The notes below the pieces were generated by a model. That model saw only the letters and a list, made by a program, of their open reading frames with translations, was not told where the DNA came from and did not search any database. A DNA stretch of 20,000 nt from an uncultured virus (IMG/VR IMGVR_UViG_3300035135_002447) (taxonomy: Duplodnaviria; Heunggongvirae; Uroviricota; Caudoviricetes): the IMG/VR virus record IMGVR_UViG_3300035135_002447; one strand, given 5' to 3'. Shown one piece after another: positions 9,044-17,314 of this stretch. Numbering within the stretch: position 1 is the stretch's first letter; every line of letters starts with the position of its first letter. A program made the translations under genes and the position numbers.

Positions 9044-10974
9044 GTTATAAAATTAATAAGACTAATGGCGAGTTACTTGTCGAACTTATTGACGGCGAAG
9101 TTGATAATACAAGTTCTGACTTAACATTAATAGGAAGAAACTACAAAGGTTTTGGTGAATTTATAAATGAAAATAATATTAAATTATTAGAAAACTTTGC
9201 ATCAACAAGTGCTCCTGGATCACCTTTAATTGGACAATTATGGTATGATACAGCAGAAGAAAGATTAAAAATTTATACAGGTGATACATTTAGATCAGCA
9301 TCTGGAGCAGTAGTTAGTCAAACACAACCTAATCTTGTTACAGGTGATATTTGGGTAGATAGTCTTAATAATCAAATGTATTTTTATGATGGTGCTGATA
9401 TTCAATTAGTTGGTCCTTCATACAATGCAACTCAAAAGAAAACAGGCTTAGAAGCACAAACTATTGTTGATGATAACGGTTCAGACCAAACAGTAATTTA
9501 TTTGTATGTTGGTGGTATATTATCAGGGATATATTCATCTAATCAATTTAGACCAAGAATTAATATCGTTGGATTTCCTGAAGATCCTAATGATGTAAGA
9601 ACACCTAAGAGACAACTTATACAGCCTGGATTCAATCCTGTAAATGCAAACTTCTGGTATAGAGGAAGTGCTACAAGTTCAAGAGGTCTTGTAAGCGATA
9701 GTGGTGAAGAATTTACTGAAGCTAACTTTATGAAGACTGATCGTAACACAAGCACAACAGGCTCTATCTCAATTAAGAACGCAGGCGGTTTAGAAATAGG
9801 TGTTAGTGATACAGTTTATGGTGTTATACAAGTTGTAGATTCATTCTTAACTAAATTCGAAATGCAAGAACCTAATAAGGATTTTGCACTAAGAGTTAAA
9901 AGAAGTAACGTTTTTGATGATGTTTTATATGCAAAAGCACAACTGAAGCGAATAGGCATATTTACAGACGATCCGCAATATGGGTTAGATGTAAACACAA
10001 ACGGAAGGGTTACAGGAGATTGGGTTGTTGATGGTGACTTAACGGTAAATGGTAATACAGTATATATTAACACAACAAATCTTGCTATCGAAAATAAAAC
10101 TATAGATTTAGCAGCTGAAAACGGCATAGCAATTTTAGATGATGCTGGCGTAGACGGTGGCGGCATTGTCCTTAAATCTACTGAAGGCGATAAAACATTC
10201 CTTTACGACACAGCATCAGATGCTTGGTCAACGAATGTAGGTATAAACTTAGCGTCGGGCACATCATTACTATTTGACGGTATAGCAAAGATTACTACTG
10301 ACTCATTAGATAATAGTATTTTATATGCAAGAGGATTAGTTGAAGTCGGCACATTAGTTGAGTTAGATGTAGACAATATTAATTTAAATGGCTCTACAAT
10401 AACAACCACAGATCCACTCTTTATTACATCAACAGGAATAATAACAGTAAATGCACAAAAAATAAAAGGTGTTGCAACACCAGTAAGTGCAAAAGATGTT
10501 ATAGCATCTGGCGGATCATTAGTAGAAGACGATGCTACTCACGTTGCAACAAAAGGTTATGTTGACACAGCATTATCAAGAGAGCCGGTCACAACAAGTT
10601 TAGACTTAACAGGACTTTCAGATCCAGTAGCTGATTTTAATCAGAATGGTCCATATAACAGTGCAATAACACTATTAGATTATCTTTACCCTGCTTCACA
10701 AAAAGCAGAAGGTACTGAGGCAAGAGTTGTAGCTATGTCTTACACCAGTACAACAGTTACTGGTATTGATGTTTCGACAGGAGTATCTAAATCAACTGTG
10801 AGTGTATTTGTTGATCCTGATGATAGCACAACACCATCACTTGAAACGGTTTTAAGTGATATTAACTTTTCGCCAGTTACAGCGGCGGCAAATCTTGCTC
10901 CACAAAGAGCAACAATGGATTTTATAGTAAGTGGAGGGACCTGGTCATGGGTACGCACAACAGTATTATCCTAA
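9040..10974 (+). CDS. Tail fibre-like virion protein, paralog 2 (644 aa)
   Basis: Same N-terminal domain (IGRNYKGFGEFINENNIKLLENFA, GQLWYD, GDIWVD). Fibre motifs RIGIFTDDPQYGLDV, GDLTVNG and HVATKGYVD. ATGA overlap with the upstream stop. SD GGAGG at 9029-9033. Confidence 0.75.
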   Translation: MSYKINKTNGELLVELIDGEVDNTSSDLTLIGRNYKGFGEFINENNIKLLENFASTSAPGSPLIGQLWYDTAEERLKIYTGDTFRSASGAVVSQTQPNLVTGDIWVDSLNNQMYFYDGADIQLVGPSYNATQKKTGLEAQTIVDDNGSDQTVIYLYVGGILSGIYSSNQFRPRINIVGFPEDPNDVRTPKRQLIQPGFNPVNANFWYRGSATSSRGLVSDSGEEFTEANFMKTDRNTSTTGSISIKNAGGLEIGVSDTVYGVIQVVDSFLTKFEMQEPNKDFALRVKRSNVFDDVLYAKAQLKRIGIFTDDPQYGLDVNTNGRVTGDWVVDGDLTVNGNTVYINTTNLAIENKTIDLAAENGIAILDDAGVDGGGIVLKSTEGDKTFLYDTASDAWSTNVGINLASGTSLLFDGIAKITTDSLDNSILYARGLVEVGTLVELDVDNINLNGSTITTTDPLFITSTGIITVNAQKIKGVATPVSAKDVIASGGSLVEDDATHVATKGYVDTALSREPVTTSLDLTGLSDPVADFNQNGPYNSAITLLDYLYPASQKAEGTEARVVAMSYTSTTVTGIDVSTGVSKSTVSVFVDPDDSTTPSLETVLSDINFSPVTAAANLAPQRATMDFIVSGGTWSWVRTTVLS

Positions 10975-10978
10975 ACCA

Positions 10979-10986
10979 GATAAATA
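10979..10986 (+). promoter_or_regulatory. Putative T4-type late promoter box GATAAATA
   Basis: GATAAATA in the 36-bp intergenic gap, ending 24 nt before ATG 11011. SD-like AGGGGT lies between them. Confidence 0.65.
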
Positions 10987-11010
10987 CTATATCGCAATAG
11001 GGGTAAACGA

Positions 11011-12531
11011 ATGGCTTATACAATAGATACTTATAGTAACAGTAGAAGTTGGAGAATTGAAGACGGTACTATCGACCAGACAACTGATTTAAAATTAGTT
11101 GGTAAAAATTATGCTGGTTATGGTGAAATTCAAAACGAAAACTTTGTATTTTTATTAGAAAATTTCGCAGGGCAAACTGAACCGCCACGTAAACTAACTG
11201 GGCAAATGTGGTTTGATAGCGGAAATTCAAAACTTAAATTTTATGACGGCGTACAATGGCGAACTACAGGTGGTGCAGAAGTTAGTGCGTCAATACCTAC
11301 AGGATTAAAAGTTGGTGATTTTTGGTGGGATACTGATAACCAGCAATTATATACATACAACGGTGGAGATTTTGTACTTATAGGACCCCAAAGTGCAGGA
11401 TCAGGACAAACACAAGTTGTAAGTCGTTCAGTTCGCGATACAGTAGGTACTCTACGTAATATTATTACTGGTGTAGTTGACGATACAGTAATCTTTACTG
11501 TGAGTGCAAATGAATTTGTACTTGATTCAGGTGATGCTGACTCCAACATTGCAGGCTTTGACAGAATACGTCAAGGTTTGACTTTAACTAACACAATTAA
11601 TAGCACCGGCGGCCAAACAACAGGTAATTACAGATTCTGGGGAACAGCAAGTAACGCAGAAAAACTGGGCGGCTTACCTTCAACATCATATGTTGTAAGT
11701 ACGTCAGCTATTTTTGACGGACTTGCTCAGTTTAGAAGTAATTCTGGTATACAAGTTGGTGCAGATGGCGATGCATCAATTCGTATTGAAAACGAAACTA
11801 ACACAGTAATTTCAAACGAAACAGGAAACCAAATACTATTTAATGCAAAGGATACTTTTGGTACATCAAAAAATCCAGTAATTATTCAATATGATTCAAT
11901 TATGCCAGGCAATGATGCAGGTGTATTAAATGCCAATGCTTCAGTTGGTTTAGCAGACAGACGCTGGCAAAATATGTTTGCACAAGTATTCAATGGCTTA
12001 GCAACACATTCAAAAGGTATGGTTCCTGAAAGTGTAACCGATTTTGACGGAATAACAGTTCAAAACACATATAACTTATCTGAAGGCACAGAAGCATTTA
12101 CTGTGGCTGCTAGAGATGTAAACGGAGATATTACAGCCAACGTATTCAAAGGTACAGCTCAAGAAGCATTTTACGCTGATTTAGCAGAAAAGTATACAAC
12201 AGGTGATGAAGAATTGCCAGCAGGCACAGCAGTAGCAGTCGGTGTAGACGATTGTTGTGAAGTTGTACCAGCAAAATCAAGCGACATATGTATTGGTGTT
12301 GTATCAACAAATCCTGCTATTATGATGAACAGCGATGCTGAAGGTCAGTATATAGGTTTAAAGGGTAGACTTCCTGTAAGAGTTAAAGGTCCTGTGAAAA
12401 AAGGACAAGCAATTTATGCTTGGGAGGACGGAGTATGCTCAACAACAGCAACTTCTGCACTAGTTGGTGTTGCACTTGAAGCAAACGATGATGCAGAAGA
12501 AAAATTAGTTGAGTGTATACTCAAAGTATAA
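11011..12531 (+). CDS. Tail fibre-like protein, paralog 3, with C-terminal peptidase G2-like (intramolecular chaperone) domain (506 aa)
   Basis: Same N-terminal domain (VGKNYAGYGEIQNENFVFLLENFA, GQMWFD, GDFWWD). C-terminal YADLAEKY...IGVVSTNPAIMMN...IGLKGRLPVRVKGPVKKG...VGVALE resembles the DxAE-type autocleaving chaperone domains of phage fibres/appendages. Confidence 0.75.
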   Translation: MAYTIDTYSNSRSWRIEDGTIDQTTDLKLVGKNYAGYGEIQNENFVFLLENFAGQTEPPRKLTGQMWFDSGNSKLKFYDGVQWRTTGGAEVSASIPTGLKVGDFWWDTDNQQLYTYNGGDFVLIGPQSAGSGQTQVVSRSVRDTVGTLRNIITGVVDDTVIFTVSANEFVLDSGDADSNIAGFDRIRQGLTLTNTINSTGGQTTGNYRFWGTASNAEKLGGLPSTSYVVSTSAIFDGLAQFRSNSGIQVGADGDASIRIENETNTVISNETGNQILFNAKDTFGTSKNPVIIQYDSIMPGNDAGVLNANASVGLADRRWQNMFAQVFNGLATHSKGMVPESVTDFDGITVQNTYNLSEGTEAFTVAARDVNGDITANVFKGTAQEAFYADLAEKYTTGDEELPAGTAVAVGVDDCCEVVPAKSSDICIGVVSTNPAIMMNSDAEGQYIGLKGRLPVRVKGPVKKGQAIYAWEDGVCSTTATSALVGVALEANDDAEEKLVECILKV

Positions 12532-12534
12532 ATA
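12527..12534 (+). promoter_or_regulatory. T4-type late promoter box TATAAATA
   Basis: Exact T4 late consensus TATAAATA. Overlaps the TAA stop (12529-12531) and ends 25 nt before ATG 12560. SD AGGA at 12554-12557. Confidence 0.7.
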
Positions 12535-12559
12535 TACGTAGTTAACTAGGAACAGGAAT

Positions 12560-13483
12560 ATGAGTGTAACAACTGACAATAAGATCACAGCAGCACAATA
12601 TAACACACTACAAAACAGGGTTGCTAGGATTCTTGGTACTGGAGTTGACCAAACAGGGTACGGACAAGCACCAGTAAGTTCGCCGGTTGTTGCAGAAACA
12701 AAAGTATTTGCTCAAAAAATGGTAGAACTAGTACAAGACATTAATGCAATTTCTATTCATCAAACAGGTGTAGCAACTAATCTTGCTGTACTAAATGCAA
12801 GTAATAAAATACTAGCAGACGAAAGTGCATTAGATGCCAAAGACGGGTTTAATCAATTTATATTTGCTGTTGATCAATTAGAAGCAAATATTGGATTAGT
12901 CGATGGTACTCAAACTACATTAGAAACTTTAGCTAGTGACACAAGATTTACACCATGGAACGGCAAAATAATTCACTCATTTACATTGACATTTGATAAT
13001 GCTGATCATAGGAGAGCATACTTTAATGCCGGCGGACAGATTTGGATAAGTTCGCAGATTGAAGGAGATGTTTCAGCTAAAGGTAATGATTGGAGACAGA
13101 TGTTACAAAATATGGGTGTTATAAAATTTGGTGCAAACACTACAAGCAAAACCGGCGCAGGCGGAACAATACTTCCTCCAGCACCCGACGGACCAATTGG
13201 TAACTTTACACTCACAGCTTCTTTACAGCAAATCTTTAATAGAGAAGGGCAACAGATCAATTACGCTGAAAATAGATATAGAATTTTTGTAAAAGAAACT
13301 AGCACTAGATCTATCCAATTTCAAATTGAATTTGAAGACGCAGATGCAGGTGATCCAAATTTTGACGAAAACATTGAGGGGACAATAGTAAGTATTGTTA
13401 GATTGTTAAGGCCTACAGGCAACGCAGTTTCTGTAGATGCTCCTAGTTATTCTGTACAGTCAGCTTTAGAAGTTGGAGGATAA
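12560..13483 (+). CDS. Putative virion structural protein (307 aa), paralog of the next gene
   Basis: Downstream of a late promoter box with a good SD. Shares RVAxILGxGxxQTGYGQ, DHRRxxFNxGGxIxIS, WxxMxxNMG, GN(F/Y)xLT and DxDxGDPxxDEN with 13489..15228. Confidence 0.6.
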   Translation: MSVTTDNKITAAQYNTLQNRVARILGTGVDQTGYGQAPVSSPVVAETKVFAQKMVELVQDINAISIHQTGVATNLAVLNASNKILADESALDAKDGFNQFIFAVDQLEANIGLVDGTQTTLETLASDTRFTPWNGKIIHSFTLTFDNADHRRAYFNAGGQIWISSQIEGDVSAKGNDWRQMLQNMGVIKFGANTTSKTGAGGTILPPAPDGPIGNFTLTASLQQIFNREGQQINYAENRYRIFVKETSTRSIQFQIEFEDADAGDPNFDENIEGTIVSIVRLLRPTGNAVSVDAPSYSVQSALEVGG

Positions 13484-13488
13484 TATAG

Positions 13489-15228
13489 ATGGTCTCAACA
13501 GGAAACCTAATCGACAATGACGATTTTAATACAAATTCATTAAGAGTAGCCTCCATACTTGGTAAGGGTGCAGGTCAGACCGGTTATGGGCAAAGAGCCA
13601 CAAGTGCCGAAACAACAATAGCTAATGGTGCAATTATTAACAAAAGTAATTGGAACCTAATGATAGGTGACATTAACACTTGTTCAACGCACCAGTCAGG
13701 CAGCAGTGCATTACCTTTTACCTTTGCAACAGGAGACATTGTAGGAGCAGACGAAAGTGGCACAAGTGTAACACGAATTGGCGGCAATGGTTCAGGTGCT
13801 AATAACGCAAGTTTTTCACCTGCTTCATCACCTATATTATATTTAGATAACCAAGCAAATGGTAGTGTTGATATATCAGGCAACCAAACTACTACAGTAT
13901 CAGCACCAGATATAACTACAGACAGCCCTTATGTTTATACCTTTGATGCACAGGCAGACGAAATAACCTATCAACCTTCAAACAATTTTATTACCCTAAG
14001 CAGAAATGGCGGTGCATTTAGTGTTTGGTTTAAAACCAATGCAAACTACGGTGCAAGTGGTAAGGCTAATTATACAGGGCGAGGAACAATATTAGGTGGA
14101 GGATTAGGTTTTGCTAATAGTTTATGGGTACAAAATGCGCCTCCTTATAGAATATTCGGAGAAACAACCACAAACAACGAAGAATATATAGATGTTGCGA
14201 GTGCTATACCAGGTGATACTTGGGTAAATCTAATTGTAACTTGCAGTAGCGGAACAGCAACATCATATCTTAACGGTTCACAAATAGATCAAAAAACTAT
14301 TACAGGCGATTTAGCATTTAGAACCTTAAGTGAAGCTGCTAATCTTTTTGGAGATATTGACTTTGAAGGAGAAATTGGACCTGTTCAAATGTGGAATAGG
14401 GCATTAACCACAACAGAAGTTACTGACAATTACCAATATTTTCTACCTAGATTTACACTAGGTAACTTTTTTGAAATTGATAATCCTAATACATCTAAAG
14501 GTGTTAATGATGTACTAAACGGTATAACAACAATTGAAACAAATTCATCAAATTCAAGTGGTGCTAGTTTTACAACTACATCCACAAGGAACTTTGGATC
14601 AACAGATAGAGTAAGTTCTTGGAATGGAGCTATATATTCTGAATTAGACGTAATTTTCGATGCCACTTATACTACTACAGATACAAACGGTTCTGCAACA
14701 GCATTATCAGGTACTACAGATGATCATAGAAGACATTTTTTTAACACAGGAGGAGACATTAGGATTTCAGTAAACTTTAGTTCGCCTGTATCATCCAAAG
14801 ATAGTCGATGGTCAGAAATGTTTACTAATATGGGTACCGTTATTTTAGGGAAAAACGCAACAACATGTACAGGTACAGGTAATCCAGCTGATGGTAGTAC
14901 TGATGTTGACGGCAACGGTTCAACAGACCCTGCTGTAGGAAACTATCAGTTGACAGCTGGATATAAACTAATCTTCAAAAGATTTGCAGCCTCAGGCCCA
15001 TATCAAGAAAACTTTATTGAAATATCTGCTAAAAAAGTTGGAAATAATACAATACGTATTAGAATTTTATTAAATGACGTTGATACCGGAGATCCTTTAG
15101 ATGATGAAAACGTACAACAAGCTGGCGGCACAATCTCTGCAGGTTTAGATCTCAAAAGAGCAACAGGATCAAATATAAGCATTCCTGAACCTACATTTGG
15201 CGAGCAATTCAGCCTCCAATCTAACTAA
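13489..15228 (+). CDS. Putative virion structural protein with inserted LamG/concanavalin A-like domain (579 aa)
   Basis: Paralog of the previous gene at both ends. The middle has GGAFSVWFKTN...DTWVNLIVTCSSGTATSYLNGSQI...FEGEIGPVQMWNRALTTTEVTDNY, the Laminin_G_3 signature. SD GGAGGA at 13475-13480. Confidence 0.75.
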   Translation: MVSTGNLIDNDDFNTNSLRVASILGKGAGQTGYGQRATSAETTIANGAIINKSNWNLMIGDINTCSTHQSGSSALPFTFATGDIVGADESGTSVTRIGGNGSGANNASFSPASSPILYLDNQANGSVDISGNQTTTVSAPDITTDSPYVYTFDAQADEITYQPSNNFITLSRNGGAFSVWFKTNANYGASGKANYTGRGTILGGGLGFANSLWVQNAPPYRIFGETTTNNEEYIDVASAIPGDTWVNLIVTCSSGTATSYLNGSQIDQKTITGDLAFRTLSEAANLFGDIDFEGEIGPVQMWNRALTTTEVTDNYQYFLPRFTLGNFFEIDNPNTSKGVNDVLNGITTIETNSSNSSGASFTTTSTRNFGSTDRVSSWNGAIYSELDVIFDATYTTTDTNGSATALSGTTDDHRRHFFNTGGDIRISVNFSSPVSSKDSRWSEMFTNMGTVILGKNATTCTGTGNPADGSTDVDGNGSTDPAVGNYQLTAGYKLIFKRFAASGPYQENFIEISAKKVGNNTIRIRILLNDVDTGDPLDDENVQQAGGTISAGLDLKRATGSNISIPEPTFGEQFSLQSN

Positions 15229-15233
15229 CTCAC

Positions 15234-15262
15234 TTGACATAAGAATTAACTTATGTTATACT
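15234..15262 (+). promoter_or_regulatory. Sigma70-type promoter (TTGACA-17 bp-TATACT, extended -10 TG)
   Basis: TTGACA at 15234-15239, 17-bp spacer, TG at 15254-15255, TATACT at 15257-15262. Lies in the largest intergenic gap, with SD AGGAGG (15278-15283) and ATG 15290 downstream. Confidence 0.8.
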
Positions 15263-15276
15263 AATTAATAGTATAA
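15256..15276. repeat. Perfect 8-bp inverted repeat TTATACTA-N5-TAGTATAA (operator-like)
   Basis: TTATACTA (15256-15263) and its reverse complement TAGTATAA (15269-15276) are separated by ATTAA. The repeat covers the -10 box and the expected start site. Confidence 0.6.
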
Positions 15277-15289
15277 TAGGAGGTTCCGT

Positions 15290-15637
15290 ATGGACGATCG
15301 TTTAAAAAGTGCATTAGATTTTTCAAATTATATGGTTACACTTAATAATCAAAAAAGAATTGCAAAAGAACAGTTTTTAGAATCTTGTGTACACTATTTA
15401 AATGGAGGCAAATTTTCAATTAATAGAGAATTAATTACTTTTTGTAGTACTTTGATTTCGAGTAATCAAGAAAGTACAGTTCTCATAGATGACAATGATA
15501 TGCCAATTGAAGTACAAGATTTGCAAACTTTTTTAGATGATATCTTAGACATTTATTTTAAAGCATCGTATCAGTATCTTGACAAATATAATGAAATTAA
15601 GAAAAATAGAAAAATTGAAGGATTAGTTAATTTATGA
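15290..15637 (+). CDS. Hypothetical protein (115 aa), possibly DUF4376-like
   Basis: Strong SD AGGAGG. First gene of the coupled operon, with an ATGA overlap into the next gene. The pattern LNGGKF...VLIDDNDMPIEV..L..FL resembles the DUF4376 arrangement by eye only. Confidence 0.6.
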   Translation: MDDRLKSALDFSNYMVTLNNQKRIAKEQFLESCVHYLNGGKFSINRELITFCSTLISSNQESTVLIDDNDMPIEVQDLQTFLDDILDIYFKASYQYLDKYNEIKKNRKIEGLVNL

Positions 15638-16500
15638 CCAAGGGCGTTTTTCTATTTGCCCAAAACAATCATACAATTGATTACGTTAAGCAGGCAATTT
15701 TTTGTGCAAAAAAAATTAAAAAACACTTAAATTTACCTGTTGCTCTTGCAACAGATAATGTCCTATACTTAAAACAAACTTATCCGTATTATGAAAAATA
15801 TATAGATCATGTTATTGAGTTAGAATGGAAAGAGTGTACTCAAACAAAAACGTTTTTCGACGGCACAATGAGTAAGCGTGATCTTGAATGGAGAAATTTT
15901 GAAAGGCGCAATGTTTATAACTTAACACCTTTTGAAGAAACATTAGTAATGGACACAGATTTTATTGTTGGTAATGACTTATACAAATTTGCATTTGAAA
16001 CTGATGAAGAATTATTAATATTCAAAGATATTACAGACGTAAATGCTGATCGGCCTGAGCTTCATGTTTTCAAACACATTAGTGATAAATCAATTGATAT
16101 GTATTGGGCTACTGTTTTTTATTTTAAGAAAACAGAACGTATGAAATTATTTTTCAACTTAGTTTCGCATATAAAAGATAATTGGAAATTTTACAGAATA
16201 ATAAATCAAATACCGGCTACTAAGTTTAGAAATGATTTTGCTTTTAGTATAGCAATACATATTTTAAACGGACATCAAAAAACAAATTGGCCAAAACCTC
16301 TACCAGGAAATCTATGGTTTACTACAGACTTAGATGTATTAGTGAAAATGGATAAAGAAGATGAGAGGTATACGTTTTTATTAGATAAGAAAGACTGGAA
16401 AGGTCATTATACTCTAAGTAGTATTGAAGATGCAAATATTCATATAATGAATAAATTTAGTTTAGATAGAGCAATAAGCGAGGCACTTGTAAATGAGTAA
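15634..16500 (+). CDS. Putative GT-A fold glycosyltransferase (nucleotide-diphospho-sugar transferase) (288 aa)
   Basis: N-terminal beta strand KGVFLFA, PVALATD, and YNLTPFEETLVMDTDF with a DxD motif (D107-T-D109, 15952-15960). Later RNDFAFSIAIHIL. This layout is typical of GT8/GT71-like GT-A enzymes. Confidence 0.65.
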   Translation: MTKGVFLFAQNNHTIDYVKQAIFCAKKIKKHLNLPVALATDNVLYLKQTYPYYEKYIDHVIELEWKECTQTKTFFDGTMSKRDLEWRNFERRNVYNLTPFEETLVMDTDFIVGNDLYKFAFETDEELLIFKDITDVNADRPELHVFKHISDKSIDMYWATVFYFKKTERMKLFFNLVSHIKDNWKFYRIINQIPATKFRNDFAFSIAIHILNGHQKTNWPKPLPGNLWFTTDLDVLVKMDKEDERYTFLLDKKDWKGHYTLSSIEDANIHIMNKFSLDRAISEALVNE

Positions 16501-17314
16501 AGGCTTTTGTTTGTTAGCACAAAATAATAATGATACTAATTATGTAAGACAAGCGTATGCTCTTGCATTAAGTTTGCATAAATTTAACAAAGATCAAAAA
16601 ATATCACTTATTACTAACGATGATGTACCTAAAGAATGGAAAGAACCATTTGATGAAATTATTTCTATACCTTGGACTGATAGTGCTGAAACTAGTGAGT
16701 GGAAGATAGAGAATAGATGGAAAATTTATCATGCAAGTCCTTATGAACAAACTATAGTTTTAGAAGCAGACATGCTGTTTACACAAAACATAGAACATTG
16801 GTGGGAAGAGTTAAGCAAAAGAGATTTGTTTTTTACAAGTAATGTTAGGACATACAGGGGAGATATTGTTACTAGCCGGTATTACAGAAAAACTTTTGAT
16901 GCTAATGATTTACCTAATTTGTATAGTGCATTGCATTATTTTAGGAAAGGCGATACTGCTAAAGAATTTTATACGCTTCTTGAACTTATTGTCAATAATT
17001 GGGAACTGTTCTATACTAAATTTGCAAAAGAAGAATATCAAAAATGGTGTAGCATAGATTTATGCTGTGCTATTGCATCAAAAATATTAGACAACGAAAA
17101 AGAAATAACCGATCCTAATAGTTTTATTACTTTTACTCATATGAAAACACATGCACAGAATTGGCAATTAGTTCCTGAAAAATGGACAAATGCAATAGGA
17201 CAATACTTAAGAGATGATGCAACATTATTGTTAGGAAATTACGTCCAAACACATATGTTACATTATGTTGAAAATGAATTCTTAAAAGATGAAATAATTG
17301 AGAAGTTAAAATGA
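16493..17314 (+). CDS. Putative GT-A fold glycosyltransferase, paralog with ExD motif (273 aa)
   Basis: Paralog of the previous gene (KGFCLLAQNN..YVRQA, ISLITND, FDEIISI, YHASPYEQTIVLEADM, IDLCCAIASKIL). Has E91-A-D93 in place of DxD. 8-bp overlap with the upstream gene. Confidence 0.65.
   Translation: MSKGFCLLAQNNNDTNYVRQAYALALSLHKFNKDQKISLITNDDVPKEWKEPFDEIISIPWTDSAETSEWKIENRWKIYHASPYEQTIVLEADMLFTQNIEHWWEELSKRDLFFTSNVRTYRGDIVTSRYYRKTFDANDLPNLYSALHYFRKGDTAKEFYTLLELIVNNWELFYTKFAKEEYQKWCSIDLCCAIASKILDNEKEITDPNSFITFTHMKTHAQNWQLVPEKWTNAIGQYLRDDATLLLGNYVQTHMLHYVENEFLKDEIIEKLK

Noticed and set aside
6926..15228. Diversity-generating retroelement or invertase-type fibre switching
   Set aside because: No reverse transcriptase or recombinase is in the window, and I saw no near-identical nucleotide repeat pairs. 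The paralogy is at the diverged protein level only.
15256..15276. Inverted repeat as an intrinsic terminator for the structural module
   Set aside because: The stem is almost all A/T and there is no downstream U-tract. It fits an operator or chance better.
16842..17057. 71-aa alternate-frame plus-strand ORF inside the second glycosyltransferase (hydrophobic, superficially holin-like)
   Set aside because: Fully nested in another frame with no clear SD. The Leu/Ile richness is expected from off-frame reading of AT-rich DNA.
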